DNA of 64,000 nt from NCBI GenBank assembly GCA_963695345.1, contig OY968769.1, positions 2,240,001 to 2,304,000 of the forward strand, read 5' to 3'. Position 1 is the first letter of the stretch; each line of letters begins with the position of its first letter. This document shows positions 63,905 through 64,000 of this stretch, piece by piece. The notes below the pieces were generated by a model. It had not been told where the DNA came from, made no database searches, and saw nothing but the letters and a program-made list of their open reading frames with translations. Source of the DNA: an uncultured Methanomassiliicoccales archaeon (GTDB taxonomy: Archaea > Thermoplasmatota > Thermoplasmata > Methanomassiliicoccales > UBA472). Made by a program: the position numbers and the translations under genes.

Positions 63905-64000
63905 ATGGTCAGAATGGAGGATGTCATGGGAAAGGAGGTCATATCCTCGGATGCAATAATCGTGGGATCCGTGGAAGGGGTCAGTATCGACCCGGAACAC
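63905..64000 (+). CDS. PRC-barrel domain protein (3' partial)
   Basis: MVRMEDVMGKEVISSDAIIVGSVEGVSIDPEH matches the PRC-barrel N-terminus; aggtg RBS upstream. Confidence 0.7.
   Translation, partial: MVRMEDVMGKEVISSDAIIVGSVEGVSIDPEH

Noticed and set aside
1-64000. tRNA, rRNA, integrase, phage, reverse transcriptase or defence genes
   Set aside because: No recognisable cloverleaf, rRNA motifs or such protein signatures seen

Overview
Archaeal genomic DNA, most likely Thermoplasmatota/Methanomassiliicoccales. This is an inference from archaeal-type REC-PAS-kinases, a Bat-type HTH-10 regulator, a PRC-barrel gene, zinc-ribbon membrane proteins and FN3/He_PIG/OmpL47-type surface proteins. About 1-41.5 kb is a surface-glycan island: nonulosonic-acid genes neuB-neuC-neuA with a DegT aminotransferase, a KpsS-like candidate nonulosonate transferase, a fnlA/RmlD-like/2-epimerase trio (6-deoxy-L-HexNAc), GT2/GT4 glycosyltransferases, duplicated FemAB-like GNATs, a deacetylase, a carbamoyltransferase and an ABC-2 exporter. 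It is interleaved with three secreted proteins that share a paralogous Cys-patterned beta-helix domain. Two of these three genes are preceded by 450-500 nt intergenic regions that fold by eye into dense arrays of hairpins and multibranch stems; these candidate novel archaeal leader RNAs are the most notable observation. About 41.7-64 kb holds three tandem zinc-ribbon/TM paralogs, a large membrane-anchored C1A protease, PAS/REC signalling proteins, two P5C-dehydrogenase-like ALDHs, HTH-10, DsrE and a partial PRC-barrel gene. Many genes are split by single-base indels that look like long-read assembly errors. I found no rRNA, tRNA or CRISPR array.
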